A stretch of 63,517 bases of DNA, the filler included, from Rhabdomonas costata (lineage: Eukaryota): the NCBI GenBank assembly GCA_019059605.1. It is 56 parts of 56 records of this genome, joined end to end, with 100 filler letters (N's around TTAATTAATTAA, not from the genome) between each part and the next. Parts side by side here need not be neighbours in the genome. Positions count along the whole stretch, not along the records: positions 60,213 to 61,247 come from JAHMHO010032238.1; positions 61,348 to 62,382 come from JAHMHO010032239.1; positions 62,483 to 63,517 come from JAHMHO010032240.1; 53 more parts are not named here. The stretch is one strand, 5' to 3'. Both the position numbers and the translations under genes were made by a program. Shown one piece after another: positions 61,204 through 63,517 of the stretch (within the stretch, counting starts at the first letter, position 1; every line of letters begins with the position of its first letter). The notes beneath the pieces were generated by a model. It worked only from the letters and a program-made list of their open reading frames with translations, ran no database searches and was not told where the DNA came from.

Positions 61204-61543
61204 CTTGCAACAAAAAAACGAGAACAACAAAAAGAAAGGTCCCACACNNNNNNNNNNNNNNNNNNNNNNNNNNNNNNNNNNNNNNNNNNNNTTAATTAAT
61301 TAANNNNNNNNNNNNNNNNNNNNNNNNNNNNNNNNNNNNNNNNNNNNGGGGTTTGTGGTCCCAATATCTTGCCGCGATGAAGCTGAACATGATTCTGCCT
61401 TGTCGAAAATAGAACGGGTTGCGATAACACCGCAGAGCCAGGTCACAAACACTTCAAGTGGCGCGGACAACCAGGGCTACATTCACAATTCGATGAAGTC
61501 GAACGCCGTTGAAGCAAGGAAGCATACAGAAGCAGCAACCCAC

Positions 61544-61630
61544 CTCCCCAGTGAGTTTCTGGCGCGCCTCCGCCTCCCTCTGGGCCTCCAGAGCCAGCCG
61601 AGAATTCTCCTCGCGCAGCTTTTGACACTC
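61544..61630 (-). CDS. Coiled-coil exon of unknown protein
   Basis: CAG acceptor, GAG|GTGGGT donor, ECQKLREENSRLALEAQREAEARQKLTGE. Confidence 0.5.
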
Positions 61631-63517
61631 CTGTCCCCGAATGCCGACGCGCGGAAACGAACTTTTTGAAATTTTCAACGAGAAAGGAGGACGAGATGGG
61701 AGGGGGACGCTTGAAGGGGGTTGTCTGAAATTCGTACGCTGAAACGTTTTGGGAGGCCCACTGTATATACAAAGACCCCGGGCCTGCGTCGGCTTCGCCC
61801 TCATAACTTCATGGGAGCTACGTTGAAACCCATATTCCAGGCTGGAAACCATATGCTTTGATAGTCCAAGCTGCTTTACCGGACTGTCTCAGTTAACTCA
61901 GGAGCGCATGCTCGTCTGCATATCCCCGGCAATTAGTTACTCAGAAACTTACATATGTCACAAGGTTTCCGCTGATTTTCCAGTGGTTCCACAATTTCCA
62001 TCCATTCCTACCAGTTTCTGCTTCCTGGACGCAGTGGAAGCAGATGGGAGGGAGGTGCTTTCCTCTGATTTTCACTTCCGCCTCCTCTGGGCTCCTCTCT
62101 AACCGTCCAACCCAGCGCAATCCTCTGTTTCTTTCATAGAGCTTTTCCCTTAAATTGATTGGCGATGCCATCCGATATTCTCACTGTAGAAGCCCGATGC
62201 TTCCTTGCTGCTGGTACCAGGAAGAACAATCTCAATCCTGGTCACAGTCAAATTTCATTCCTTGAGTGTGCGATCCGTATGCGCCTGCACGGCCGTGTGT
62301 TTGAACACGGACCCGCTGTAACTCCTCCAGTGCCCGCGCGGTAGCGGCAGCGCCCAGCCGGAGCTTGTCCGCGCACTGCACTNNNNNNNNNNNNNNNNNN
62401 NNNNNNNNNNNNNNNNNNNNNNNNNNTTAATTAATTAANNNNNNNNNNNNNNNNNNNNNNNNNNNNNNNNNNNNNNNNNNNNGTGTTGGGTGTCTTTGGG
62501 TGGGTGGTGCAAGGATTTGCGGACTCCCGTTTTTGGGCTCTGTGCTCAGGTATTGTGGATTTTCGTCTTGGGGCAGATCTGCTTGATGCGTTTCTTTGCT
62601 TTTGAGCGGAATTTTCTTGTTTCTTCGCCAGCAGGCCATGTCTCACCCCGGTAGACGGCTGAAGGCTCAAATCTAGGCGCAAAACTGGAACTCGTGTCAT
62701 GTCAAGCTCAAACAACCCTCCCCCTCACGCATGCTCATCCCACAACGCGCGCCGCTCCATAGTCAACGCCTTAACACAGGAAAGCGTTGGATAAGAATGG
62801 TGGCATAAGGGCGGTAAGGGAACTCCAGTATTTTGTTTTGTATCAACTAAGTGCTTACTTTACACCGCTACCTTCTTGGGGTGCACTCAAGCTTGCATGG
62901 CCCAGCCCAAGATAAAGTTGGTATAACAGGCGTCCATGTTTTGGGTGATGGAATTGCAATGCGGGGTGGCATTCTTCCCCGGTTAGTTGTTGTGATGTTT
63001 CCGCCGCAGCGCAACGGTGCTCCAATTTTGACGGCTGCCCGGTGCCCACGCTCTTCCCGAACGCTTCCCGATTTTGTGCCAGGAATCCTTGCTCCAGCAC
63101 TGAGTGCTGCGTACCCGGTGTGTGGTTTTTCAACTTTTTTATCTGCTTGGCTGGCTGAAGTTTCCGTTGTTTTCGTTGCAGCTTAAAAATCCCTTCTCCT
63201 ATGCATCTGATCTGCTCCGTGCTCCACGGTCCAGACGAAGGACTTTTACTTTACTGATATTTCTGCACGGTTTTTTAATTCCCATTTCCGCAACCTGCGA
63301 AAACTGTCGACTCATGAGGCCCGCCTTCCGAAGATTGGAAGCAAATGGCGCCCGTGAAGCAATCTCTATGAATTCATTTGGACAGACTGAAAGTATCGCG
63401 CGGCTCTTTTCTCTTAGTCTCTCAGTCAATCGCAGGGGACAGCTACCCACATGACGCTTAATATTAAGCCGGTTGCGAGGGTGCAGCCCCCCCCCTCAAT
63501 CCCTTACCAACAACCCC

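Noticed and set aside
1037-62482. Regularly spaced identical TTAATTAATTAA repeats with equal-length unique spacers (CRISPR-like or nanochromosome-like look)
   Set aside because: Each is flanked by exactly 44 N on both sides: a synthetic six-frame-stop linker joining length-sorted contigs. ORFs ending in XXXLIN or XXXN are linker artefacts.
1-63517. Contigs begin G/T-rich and end C/A-rich, suggesting telomere-like caps
   Set aside because: No consistent unit, only 5-20 nt long, and it degrades otherwise perfect sequence (e.g. outer fold-back arms); best explained as low-quality read tails.
1-63517. tRNA, rRNA, snRNA, spliced-leader RNA genes or CRISPR arrays
   Set aside because: None recognised by eye; a covariance-model scan (Infernal/tRNAscan-SE) would be needed to exclude them.

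Overview
This is not contiguous DNA. It is 56 unrelated contigs of about 1.03-1.05 kb, joined by 55 artificial 100-nt spacers (N44-TTAATTAATTAA-N44, stops in all six frames), so synteny across spacers is meaningless and most of the ORF track is noise. Most contigs come from an intron-rich eukaryote, possibly a euglenid-like protist (inference from a class II RNR and GC donors). Recognisable spliced exons encode V-ATPase subunit A, ABCB and ABCC transporters, a cullin, UBR4/BIG, a class II (B12-dependent) ribonucleotide reductase, Vma12, a CNG/KCNH-type channel, a B-box protein and a serine hydrolase. There is also an intronless alphaproteobacteria-like MBL hydrolase with a candidate targeting leader. 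Mobile remnants include a Merlin/IS1595 transposase C-terminus, a Ty3/Gypsy integrase GPY/F segment, several unnamed dispersed repeats and satellites. The most striking contig (54537-55571) is very AT-rich and intronless, with tandem ORFs preceded by the Mimiviridae early promoter AAAATTGA and one ORF frameshifted: a candidate giant-virus (possibly endogenised) fragment. Six contig-terminal fold-back inverted repeats point to amplification or library artefacts. All family assignments are from motif recognition by eye; no searches were run.
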